Source of the DNA: Macrostomum hystrix
Taxonomy: Eukaryota > Animalia > Platyhelminthes
DNA length: 64,000 nucleotides
Direction: 5' to 3'
NCBI GenBank assembly: GCA_950097015.1
Contig: CATNEN010000038.1
Location: 8,556,001 to 8,620,000, forward strand
The translations under genes were made by a program, and so were the position numbers. Positions 25,401 to 36,302 of the stretch are shown piece after piece. A model generated the notes under the pieces. That model had not been told where the DNA came from, did no database searches, and saw only the letters and a program-made list of their open reading frames with translations. Each line of letters starts with the position of its first letter. Within the stretch, counting starts at the first letter, position 1.

Positions 25401-27085
25401 ATAGAAAACAGTAGATAGAAAACAGTAGATAGGAGACAGTAGATAGAAAGCAGTAGATAGAAAACAGTAGATAGAAAACAGTAGATAGAAAACAGTAGAT
25501 AGAAAACAGTAGATAGAAAACAGTAGATAGAAAACAGTAGATAGAAAACAGTAGATAGGAGACAGTAGATAGAAAACAGTAGATAGGAGACAGTAGATAG
25601 GAGACAGTAGATAGAAAACAGTAGATAGGAGACAGTAGATAGAAAGCAGTAGATAGAAAACAGTAGATAGAAAACAGTAGATAGAAAACAGTAGATAGAA
25701 AACAGTAGATAGGAGACAGTAGATAGAAAACAGTAGATAGGAGACAGTAGATAGAAAACAGAAGATATAAAACAGTAGATAGGAGACAGTAGATAGAAAA
25801 CAGAAGATAGAAAACAGTAGATAGGAGACAGTAGATAGAAAACAGTAGATAGGAGACAGTAGATAGAAAACAGTAGATAGGAGACAGTAGATAGAAAACA
25901 GTAGATAGAAAACAGTAGATAGGAGACAGTAGATAGAAAACAGTAGATAGAAAACAGTAGATAGAAAACAGTAGATAGAAAACAGTAGATAGAAAACAGA
26001 AGATATAAAACAGTAGATAGAAAACAGTAGATAGAAAACAGTAGATAGAAAACAGTAGATTGAAAACAGTAGATAGAAAACAGTAGATAGAAAACAGTAG
26101 ATAGAAAACAGTAGATAGAAAACAGTAGATAGAAAACAGTAGATAGAAAACTGTAGATAGAAAACAGTAGATAGAAAACAGTAGATAGGAGACAGTAGAT
26201 AGAAAACAGTAGATGGAAGACAGTAGATAGAAAACAGTAGATAGAAAACAGTAGATAGGAGACAGTAGATAGAAAACAGTAGATAGGAGACAGTAGATAG
26301 AAAACAGTAGATAGAAAACAGTAGATAGGAGACAGTAGATAGAAAACAGTAGATAGGAGACAGTAGATAGAAAACAGTAGATAGAAAACAGTAGATAGAA
26401 GACAGTAGATAGAAGACAGTAGATAGATAACAGTAGATGGAAGACAGTAGATAGAAAACAGTAGATAGAAAACAGTAGATAGGAGACAGTAGATAGAAAA
26501 CAGTAGATAGGAGACAGTAGATAGAAAACAGTAGATAGAAAACAGTAGATAGGAGACAGTAGATAGAAAACAGTAGATAGGAGACAGTAGATAGAAAACA
26601 GTAGATAGAAAACAGTAGATAGAAGACAGTAGATAGAAGACAGTAGATAGATAACAGTAGATGGAAGACAGTAGATAGAAAACAGTAGATAGAAAACAGT
26701 GATGGAAGACAGTAGATAGAAAACAGTAGATAGGAGACAGTAGATAGAAAACAGTAGATAGGAGACAGTAGATAGAAAACAGTAGATAGAAAACAGTAGA
26801 TAGGAGACAGTAGATAGAAAACAGTAGATAGAAAACAGAAGATATAAAACAGTAGATAGAAAACAGTAGATAGAAAACAGTAGATAGAAAACAGTAGATA
26901 GAAAACAGTAGATAGAAAACAGTAGATAGAAAACAGTAGATAGAAAACAGTAGATAGGAGACAGTAGATATAAAACAGTAGATAGAAAACAGTGATGGAA
27001 GACAGTAGATAGAAGACAGTAGAGAGGAGACAGGAGACATGAGACAGGGGAGAGGAGACAGTAGAGTTGGCTGTCATAGTAGACA
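16478..27085. repeat. ~10.5-kb satellite with a 14-bp unit (AGTAGATAGAAAAC / AGTAGATAGGAGAC) and higher-order duplications
   Basis: Continuous 14-bp periodicity; all long FSIYCFLSTV ORFs derive from it. Confidence 0.98.
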
Positions 27086-27794
27086 GGGAACAAAAATGTG
27101 TTATTTGGCGTGTCGAATGTTATAACAACAGGAAAGTGCATATGAAAGTCCATTACTTGAAGTAGTTGATACGTTTCGGCGTGTATATGTAAGGAGTTGA
27201 AAGTTTTATTAACGTAGCCAATTACAGATTTCTCTGAAAAAAGTTTTGATCACTCGTTAATTTGACTACGTCGAAATTGTGTCTGAATCTAACTCTACTT
27301 AGAGTAAAGCACAAAGCATTTAAAAAATAATATACAAATTTGTCTCTAAATGAACTACAAGTTCTCTCTCAGTACGTCTTATATCTCTCTTTTAGACACT
27401 TCTGCAAAAACATCCTTGTGTCTGTTTATTTGAAGCGAGAAAAACTGTAAACAGGAAAACTAAGTAGAGAAATAGTGCTCAGGTTTTACAGCGCGTAAGA
27501 AATTTACAATTTAAGATAAATTATAGCAAATTTTTAGATGCTCAAAAAGAAACCAATTTTTGAGTCTGTGTCTGACTGTCTCAATGTCTCAACTCATGCT
27601 GATCTCTTTAAAGTAATGTTTAATTCCGGCAGGACGGTCTGAAAACATAGATTTCGAACAGCAGTTATCAATGGAATTATATCAAAGTTTAAGAATATTA
27701 CCTATGTGCTGATTGGATAATCAGTAGATATCTACCTATCTGTGAGTGGTACAACGCACTCAACTACTAAGTAAATTATTAATTATGACAGTTG

Positions 27795-28075
27795 ACTCCA
27801 CATATTCCGATCGGGCCAAATGTGCAGTGGATAGCACAGCAGCAGCTATTGCGCAGGCTGCGTACTGCTGTTCAGTCCATGGACTGGTGGAGGGCGCCGC
27901 AAACACCCACCATTACCAGAGCTAATGCTGGTACACATTTGAAATCTGGGTGAACTAGAGTTAAATTAATTACAGAGTAGAGTCTAGTGTGCTAAATGGC
28001 ACAAATGGTTCCAGTGGAGTCGGGAATCGAACCCCGAACTTCAAGTCGTGAGTCTGATGCTCTAACCACTTTCAG
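27795..28075 (-). mobile_element. CORE-type SINE family B copy (diverged)
   Basis: tRNA-like head (rc TGGTTAGAGCATCAGACTCACGACTTGAAGTTCGGGGTTCGATTCCCG); body homologous to 34598-34912. Confidence 0.8.
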
Positions 28076-28331
28076 GCCAGTTTACTAAGTCAAGATCACC
28101 TAGAGAAATATAGCGCTTCGGTTTCAGAATTTCATAGTTCCAATATAAAAGCCGAACAATACCTAGCATCATTCGGTTTTGAGACTGTTTCAAAAGCTGC
28201 TTAACTCACGTGTTTTTTGCGCGTTAAAACAACAGCTAAACTGACTAAACAAGCACTACAATGGATAGAGCAGCGATGGCTGAAATCGCACATACAGCGA
28301 GCTGTACACCTAAAAATGTAAGATAAGCGAT

Positions 28332-28866
28332 TTAAAATAATCCTGCACAATGCCCGGCCAACAGGCAGCAAGTGCAACAGCCCAGCAGCTTACATGAATT
28401 CGACGCGCCATTTTCGGGAATTTTGGAGACACTCGAGTTGCTGGTAGCGTTGCACCGTAGTCCTGATCAAAATTTGACGGTATATAATTCTACATGGTAC
28501 GAGAAAGAAACTTACTGACACAAATGGTGTGTCATAACAATTCGCCCAGTGTGACATCGACATTAAACTGGCTTTTCATGTTTAAGTGCACATGTGCTCA
28601 TGTCTTACCTGAATAGCCAGATGGACAGGTACAGATAAAATATGGATCCAAAAATGTTATAATACAGGTGCCACCATTCTGACAGACAGGCAGTGTAGAG
28701 ATGCCTTTGGTAGGCTGAATTGTATGACAGATGCCATCAGTATCCGTAATGCAGTACGGATTGCCAAAGGGCGGCGGGCAGTTGCAAGGTGGACTGGCTG
28801 TGTAGTTGTTACAGGTGCCACCGTTGTAGCAGATGATTTTCGAGCAGTCAGCAGCTGCTATGCGGT
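28332..28866 (-). CDS. Small protein with two EGF-like repeats; exons 28866-28609 and 28462-28332; probable hydrophobic upstream exon ending at 29693
   Basis: CYNGGTC...CNCPPPFGNPYC and CQNGGTC...CTCPSGYS|GLRC completed across a phase-1 GTAAGA..CAG intron. An upstream phase-1 exon encodes ISASALIVISILLEAWFA. Confidence 0.65.
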
Positions 28867-29001
28867 CTGCACAACAGCATTTGCAAACTATTATGATAGT
28901 GCACATAATCAATTAAGATATCAAGATAGTACGAGCTTATATTCTGACCATGGATGGGACTTTTGCTAAAGTTTGAGTGCTGAGAAGTTGATTGAAGCCT
29001 A

Positions 29002-29371
29002 TAATATAATAATAATAATAATTGCAGGAGGGCTGCGGGCAATGACACAGTTTGGTGACACTAGACCCGCAGCCAGCGAGGAGGCAATTCTGCCCATTTC
29101 GCTGACTCCTGAGCACACCCGCACACAGAGACACCGTTCGCAGGCAAACGCTCACACAGGTGTGTACATCTGCCCTGACTTTCTCATCGTCAGGCAGTGT
29201 ACACTCTCACTGTGCCTTGGAGGTTGGCCCTCAAGGGCGTAAATTGCACGACAAGCCCCCAAGCCCTCTCTCCGCGGCTGCGCCCCAAATAAATGTGGCC
29301 TCGCCGTGGAATCGAACTTAGGGACTGTGGTGCGAGTGGCAAACGCGTTAACCGCTCTGCCACCGACCCCC
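29002..29371 (-). mobile_element. Full-length tRNA-derived SINE family A
   Basis: A box TGGCAGAGCGG, B box GTTCGATTCC, (ATT)n tail, 13-bp TSD TGATTGAAGCCTA/TGATTGCAGCCTA (28989-29001 and 29372-29384). Confidence 0.9.
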
Positions 29372-30819
29372 TGATTGCAGCCTAAGTCAAGGAGTCCTTA
29401 TAAAATATATAGACTCAATATATGAGTCTAAAGCTCACTGGTGCCCAAATGTTGGGTTGTAGTGAGGCGTGGCCTATGGGCCTGTCTCAATATGCAAAAC
29501 CAAAATGTACGTGTACGTGGAGTATGGCAAACTGTTTTATTGATTTGTCAAGTCCTTAAAGTATATTAAGTATATAAAGTATATATTGCGCCATTTCCAA
29601 GAAAAATCACACTGGGTCAATACGATTTCGGCCATAGACAAATATACGGCTAGAAAATTCCAGCAAGAAATTATGCAACAAAATGTAGTCACCTGCAAAC
29701 CAGGCCTCTAGCAGAATGCTAATCACAATAAGCGCTGATGCTGAAATAGGCCAGGTTGCTTGTCCTGACCAATTGCTAACGTCAAGTTAGCAACACGGTG
29801 ATTGTGTTTAATTTTTAGTGAAGCTTGTTTTTGTTTTCACTTACATCCTTCTGGTAGAGTCGAAAATTCTATTTTTTTAGAAACTAATGCTAATGATTTG
29901 TGGTATTTCCACAAGGGGGAATTCAAATTCTAGATTGATTTTTCTACAGTTAAGGCGACAAAAAAAATAAAATAAAATACATTTTTTTTGACCCGGAGGA
30001 AAGGTATAGGTCGTTTAGTTAAGCTTTCGTGAGCACCCAATGCAGCTGTGTCAAACCTTGTTCAAAGTCATGGTCCCACTTAAAAATGTACCACCACCTT
30101 GTTATAATTTTCTGAAAACTTCCAACATCTATAAATTGTTTTTATCCTAAATGCGTATTGGACAATCAATTAATGACGCCATTTTCTGGTGCATGCACTC
30201 CGCGAATAAAATTCCTGTTTCAACCAGTTCTGGGCGATGAGTGACGGCAGAAACTCTGCGAGGTGTCCACGTTTCCTCCCGCGTGCACTTTCCGCCCTTT
30301 GCAGTCTAGAAATTGAAGGCCTAAACCTTCTTAGCCCGATCAAGAAGGTTAGAACAGCCAATAAGACCTTAATCCTATACAATGGCCTTCGCCCTTAATT
30401 TAATCTTCCCAATTTCTCTCCCGTCTGTCTTGTTAGCCTTGGAGGCTCCATTTATGAATCGAGCTGGGGCGTCTGGCCCTCCAAAGTCCAACGTGACCCG
30501 GCCGCTCTGCGTGCGTCATCCCTCGCCCTGGCGCAGACACCACCGAGACGAGGGCACGGCGGGCAGTTCAGCCGAATCCCATCTCCCTGGAACAACCGTA
30601 AGCCAATGCTGGGCCTTCGCAAGTTTCCCATTGCACATAAAGGGGCAGCAGTGCGTGGAGATATGACCGTCAATCATCTGTGAAGGCTTCCTCCTGCGCC
30701 CCAATTCCCATCGCTGCGCAAATCTGCGGATTTAAAGGCCAACCAACGAGCCGAACCGATTCCAGGAAACCCGGACCCGCAGTCTGCCGCACTGACTAAA
30801 CTGACTAAACTGAATCGCG

Positions 30820-32566
30820 ATGGGAATTCTCTCGCCTTCGTCACCCGCTTCTGGCGGCGAGGGTGGTCGAGGCGGTCGCATCATGCGCGTCTTCAGTCGC
30901 AAGAAAAAATCCGCCGAGACGGCCGCGACGATGCCGCCAAGTTCGTCAAATTCGGCGACACCAAAACTGCATCGCGAGAGCGATGAGCTAGCTCAGTTTG
31001 AGCAAAGAGAAGCGACTACAACAGGCCAATTCAGCAGTGAGTCAAGTTAACTGTCCTGCAGCAACAATTCTTCACTTTCTTCACTTCACTTTAAATATCG
31101 CCATTGTGCAAGAAACTTTGGAATATCTATATCTATATATTTATACTCCGTATATCTATATCTATAGAAAAATATTACGCTACCCACTTTTTATATAGCG
31201 AAATACATAGGAAGCACCGTATGCATTTGACAAAAAGCGCATCGAAATATTCTGTACAAGTACTCTCGGTTGAGTTGGCTGAGTTGAGTGAAATGCATAT
31301 GTCCGGGCTGGCTAGTGTGGCCCACATCCATAACATCCCACACAACGCAGTCCTCTGTACCCCGCCACCAGAGTTGAAGAACACCTTCGACTTCTTCGAC
31401 ATTGACAATGACGGCCGAATTTCTAGTGAAGAGCTACGCAAAGTGCTGAAATTCCTTGGAACTAAAGTCAGCGAGGAAGAGGCCAGACTAATGATCGCTG
31501 AGTTTGATGCTAACCGTGAGTCGTAGAAAATTTGTTTTCATGTGTTCTCAATTGGTCAGGACAGAAAGTGTCTGTCATCCCGGCTGTAATGCTGACAGAG
31601 CAAAAATGACCGCAAAAGCATTTCCCATCGTAGGCAACGGAACAGTGGAGTTCAACGAATTCCTGGAAATGATGACTCGCTATCAGAGAAAAAGTTGTCT
31701 GCAAATTTACCACGAAGTTCCTTCAACGGAGGAAGCGGATGTCCTGGAGGCCTTCCAGGTAAGAGCTCTTTTTTATTTTGCAGCGTTGCAGGCTTAATCC
31801 GTATCGTAAAAGGTAAAAGTAAGTTAGTTTTGTTTAGGGGCAAGTCGCCATACCTCTTCCTGTCACCAAACCAATTCGTGCAGGCGTTCGACCACAACGG
31901 CGACAACAACATAGACTTCGGCGAGCTCAAGAAGACGATGCAGTTCCTTGGCGAGTGGGTCTCTGACAACGACATTCGCTGCATGATGCGACAGGCCGAC
32001 AAGGACGGAGATGGCAGGATTGATCTTCAAGGTGGGTGCCATTTATCAAGAAGCGAAGAAGTTCATATTGCACCTGATTCAAGGGTCCTGATTCAGCTGG
32101 GAAGGCCTTCTAAGGGGAAGAAAGAATCTTCTTAAAAGAAGAAGCAATTCTGCCCATTTCGCTGACTCCTGGCATGGGCACACACGCACACTGATACTGT
32201 ACGCAGGCACACGCTCACACAGGTGTGTACATTTGCCCTGACTTTCTTATTGTCAGGCAGTGCACACGTTTACTATGCCTTGGAGGTTGGCCCTCAAGGG
32301 CGCAAATTGCGCAACAAGTCCCCAAGCCTTCTCTCTGCGGCTGCGCCCCAATGAATGTGACCTCACCGCGGAATCGAGCTCAGGGACCTTAGTGCTTGAG
32401 GGAAACGCAAAAACCGCTCTGCCACATACCCTAGAGCTAATGCTTATATATGTAAACATATTAGTTGAAATAGTTGATGAAATAGTTGAAATCCATTCCA
32501 TTAATCTCGTTTGCAGAATTCAAAAGCCTGATGGCAGCTCTCAGAGGTGGCGCTGGACGCCAATAA
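30820..32566 (+). CDS. Calmodulin-like 4-EF-hand protein with N-terminal extension; exons 30820-31036, 31372-31515, 31634-31758, 31884-32031, 32517-32566
   Basis: EF loops DIDNDGRISSEE, DANRNGTVEFNE, DHNGDNNIDFGE, DKDGDGRIDLQE; all junctions are GT-AG and in phase. Confidence 0.88.
32143..32432 (-). mobile_element. SINE family A copy (3'-truncated), intronic
   Basis: Colinear similarity to 29085-29371. Confidence 0.85.
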
Positions 32567-33721
32567 AAACAAGGATATAGTACACAGGCACACGAACGGC
32601 GGCCCATGTTCTCCTGTACATTCGAGTGTACAGCAGTCAGTCAGTACAGTGTAAAACTGTCAAACAAAACAGTATATTATGTGTAGCTGCTGTTAAAAAA
32701 TAAAGCTAAAACTGTTATTTCAATAACGTCGCTATTTTTCAGAAATTCCCAAATTCTGTCAGTTCAGTTTTGAAGGCTAACGTCATAGTGCCAGAATAAT
32801 TTATGTACATTTTTCTTGAACTCATAATTTAGAAAATGCCAGTTATACCAGTGGGTATTATGGCTATGAGTGCAACACATCAGCATATACCATGCTTGTA
32901 CGCTACAAATGTCTATGGCCTAAAGTTATTTAGCAAGTTTAGCAAGACCGATGAGTAGATTTTCAAATTTTACCATGCTACCAAGGTATTGTGACTATAG
33001 AAGCTAAATACATCCTATAACGTCAAGCGATGTAATTTTCAACTACCTGTTTCGCAAAATAATTATTTCATATCATGTTTCATCGTATAGAGACAGGTGT
33101 AAAATGCAGTTCAAAGTAATTGCCATGTAAGTCCAACAGTAGCTTTTACAGGTAGACAAAACATGTAGGATTGTGATGTCATTTATTTTTGTAATTTTAT
33201 TGCTAAAAAGTACAAATACTGCTTCGTCAGGCGTACAGAAAAAGACAAAAGTTTTAGCTCGCACCACTTTAACTGGCCTTTCTAAACTGAATTGAGTACG
33301 TCCTGTGAAAAGAGTCCAGTTGGTCTAGCGCAGCTGGACTCACCAAAAAATCTACTGAACTTAAATGCAGCGACAAAAATACAGTAAAATGATAGTATCT
33401 GCCAGATGCATGCCTCTAGTTAAAACAATAAGCTTCATGGTAAAGCAGCAAACTGCCCTGTTTAGCAGTCAGCCAACTCAGTCCTGAAATAAGTTATCAA
33501 TACTAAAATCACTAAGGATTTATTACTTATTAAAGCAGGGTATTTTAAAAAACTGAAAGGAAATTTTAATCTACATGTAATGTAATATTGTAATATATTC
33601 AGGTACATTGTGGACTGCACTGGGATCACACATAATTGTGTAACCGCATCTCAAAGATTATTGCGTATCAAAACCCACCATTTGAATGCCGACAAGCAAG
33701 CCGATTCACCTCACAGCAATG

Positions 33722-34363
33722 TCAAGCCCTTCTCGAGCTCTCGTCCTCGCTGCCAGAGGCCAGCTTGAACAGGTGGTTCAACAGCCGCTCATCGTCAATC
33801 ACCGTAGCCAGCTGGTCGTTGCGCATCAGCTGCACCAGCATCTGGGAGACGCGCCTGTTGAGCTGGTCCAGAAATGGCCGGTGGTTGCGGCGCACCTTGG
33901 GCAGCAGGGCCGCGGTCATTTTGTCCAGCAGGTCCGCCTGTGTCGCCGCGTCGGGCCGCTCCGTGCGCAGCTGTGTGACCAGCTCGCGCAGCTGCGGGTG
34001 GTCCATCAGCGACTCCACATCGGAGCGCACCGAGTCGCCCAGATTGCCTTGGACCTCCGTCGACACGAACTGCTTGATGGAGGACCACTCGGAGCTGATT
34101 GCACCGCCGATGTCTCGGAGACGATTATCCAGAAGCCTAGCGAGGTCCTGCCGAAGCTGCTCATTGCTTGGCTGCTCCTGCTGCTGCTGAAGCTCAAAAC
34201 TACTTTTGCTGGCGTCTATTGTAGACGACTTAGTGGTCAGGTTGGAGTTGCTGTTGTTGTTGTTCTTATTGGAGCCCAGGTCGCCATAGAGAGTGAGCTC
34301 CTGCCTCTCCGCAGGCTGCTGGGTATCGCACACCAGCTTCACTACAATAGGCTTAGTGTGCAT
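33722..34363 (-). CDS. Uncharacterised 213-aa protein, probably helical
   Basis: GC3-rich coding-like ORF; ATG two nt after a TGCAG acceptor-like site; no family recognised. Confidence 0.65.
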   Translation of the reverse strand: MHTKPIVVKLVCDTQQPAERQELTLYGDLGSNKNNNNSNSNLTTKSSTIDASKSSFELQQQQEQPSNEQLRQDLARLLDNRLRDIGGAISSEWSSIKQFVSTEVQGNLGDSVRSDVESLMDHPQLRELVTQLRTERPDAATQADLLDKMTAALLPKVRRNHRPFLDQLNRRVSQMLVQLMRNDQLATVIDDERLLNHLFKLASGSEDESSRRA

Positions 34364-34597
34364 AGCTGCACTTTTGAAACCCTATCTGACCCACGCGCGA
34401 AGGTAAATAATAGCAGAAGTGCTTTGACTGAGTAGCAAATCACGCTCAACCGATTAGAATGGCCATAGAATGAGCAACTTCTGCAGCTTACAGACAAAGT
34501 TCTATAAATAAATTGAAGCTTTCCATCTACAAATGGAATTAAATTGTACAAATGGAATCGTCCTGCTCGTTGAAACATCACACCACATCTCGTGGAT

Positions 34598-34912
34598 AAA
34601 AAATAGTTGATTGCATCTGCCCTGATTGGGCCAGATGTGCAGCCGACAGCACAGCTGCAGCTATTGCGCGGCGCATCTGAAAGCTGCGTACGGCTGTTCA
34701 GTCCATGGACTGTGGAAACGGGACGCCGCACCAACTCTCAATTACCCCAGCTAATGCTGGTACCTATTTAACAGCTGGGTGAACTTAACCAATGCAGAGT
34801 TTATTTTCTTGCTAAAGTACACAAATTGTTCCAGTGGTGTCGGGAATCGAACCCCCGACCTTCAAGTCGTGAGTCCGACGCTCTAACCACAAGGCTACAA
34901 CCTACTTACAAC
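34598..34912 (-). mobile_element. Full-length CORE-type SINE family B
   Basis: tRNA head (TAGCCTTGTGG...GTTCGATTCC), CORE-like domain, candidate TSD CTCGTGGAT at 34589-34597 and 34913-34921. Confidence 0.85.
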
Positions 34913-34929
34913 CTCGTGGATCAGTACGT

Positions 34930-35320
34930 CAAGCTACCTCACCACATCACACCTCAGTGACCAGAACCTCAAGCTACCTCACCACATCACACCTCAGTGA
35001 CCAGAACCTCAAGCTACCTCACCACATCACACCTCAGTGACCAGAACCTCAAGCTACCTCACCACATCACACCTCAGTGACCAGAACCTTAAGCTACCTC
35101 ACCACATCACACCTCAGTTACCAGAACCTCAAGCTACATCACCACATCACATCTTACTGACCAGAACCTCAAGCTACTTTACCGTATCACATCTCACTGA
35201 CCAGAGTTACCAAACTGACCAAAGTTACCTCACGACATCGCACCTTTGTGAACAGATAAGGTCACCTACAGGTCAAGCTACATCTCACACCTCGCAGACT
35301 AGAACGTCAAGCTATTTCAA
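34930..35320. repeat. 39-bp minisatellite (AAGCTACCTCACCACATCACACCTCAGTGACCAGAACCTC), decaying to the right
   Basis: Tandem periodicity. Confidence 0.9.
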
Positions 35321-35736
35321 CACGTGTGTGACCGTCACGTCACAACAGCGTAAATTTTATCAAAGGCCGCATGAAAACCTCAAAGAAATGATTAATGCAA
35401 ACTCTGAATCAAAGGTTTAATATTTTGCTCTATACACTACTCACAAAGTACGAAAGGTGTGTGAGACTGTATGTGTGCTTGTTTCCACATAAAAACCGTA
35501 ACGCAAGGTTAGCAACCACTAACAGGTCAGTGATTTCTACTGTTAGGTGCAACTTTCTTCAACTAAAATAACTAATAGCAAAATGTTTTTTTCACAACAT
35601 ATCGGATCGAATTCGGTAACTCAGGCGACAGTCTTTTATGCAATAGTAGAGCAATAATCTAAACGCTAAATGATTTTAAAACACGCACAGGCATTCTCTC
35701 AGCATCTGCAGTATCAAACAGAAGTTGCTTCTTGGT

Positions 35737-36189
35737 TCACCTTGACTTGCCAGACTCCCAGCCGCTGTGCTCCCTCATCCAGTCGAATCCGCGCACCGAG
35801 GCTTCGGCCAGCTCGCCAGGATAGCAGACCCCGGCCCCGGCTGCCAGGCCAAGGGTGCCGTAGGCCAGCCGACGGAGGCCGCCGCCGCGGTGACCGGCCA
35901 CGAGGCCGCCGAGACCGCACAGGCCGACCAGAGCGGCTCGGGTCAGTAGGCCGGGGTCAGCCCGGATTCGCTCCACAGTTTCCCGACTGTGGGCGCTGCC
36001 GGTGGCGGCCACATTCTGGCCCCGCTGCCAGGCTGCGGTCAGGGCGCCGGTGTCCACGCTGGACTCCAGAACTCGGCGCGCCGGAGACACCAGAGGTTCA
36101 AGAGGCGAGGCGGGAGCTGGCTCCAGCACGTAGCTGCGATCTGCCAGGTCGTTGGCGTAGATGTCCAGGTCGCGAAGGTGGCTAACCAT
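35737..36189 (-). CDS. APOO: MICOS complex subunit MIC26/MIC27 (apolipoprotein O-like)
   Basis: LRDLDIY N-terminal motif; GLGGLVAGHRGGGLRRLAYGTLGLAAGAGVCYP matches the ApoO/MIC26 double-TM region ending in CYP. Confidence 0.75.
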   Translation of the reverse strand: MVSHLRDLDIYANDLADRSYVLEPAPASPLEPLVSPARRVLESSVDTGALTAAWQRGQNVAATGSAHSRETVERIRADPGLLTRAALVGLCGLGGLVAGHRGGGLRRLAYGTLGLAAGAGVCYPGELAEASVRGFDWMREHSGWESGKSR

Positions 36190-36302
36190 TGTTTGAAGAA
36201 AGCCTCTGGCTGGAAGCGAATGATTTTCTACACCTGTGTGCTTAATCCTTTAAAAACATTTTCTTTTGGGAAACGCGAGGACTTTGCTGTGATTGTTTGA
36301 TA

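Noticed and set aside
16614-27153. Very long hydrophobic ORFs (up to 1271 aa, FSIYCFLSTV repeats)
   Set aside because: All three minus-strand frames are open because the 14-bp satellite strand lacks stops; there is no coding signature
29030-29145. Second functional HDV ribozyme inside SINE family A
   Set aside because: No GG for P1.1 after P1, no C-N-A-A J4/2 before a P2 partner, and the loop is deleted in the 61.7-kb copy
29295-29371. tRNA genes here and at 28010-28075, 34830-34900 and 42970-43041
   Set aside because: A and B boxes are present but no proper cloverleaf is evident; each continues into a SINE-like body
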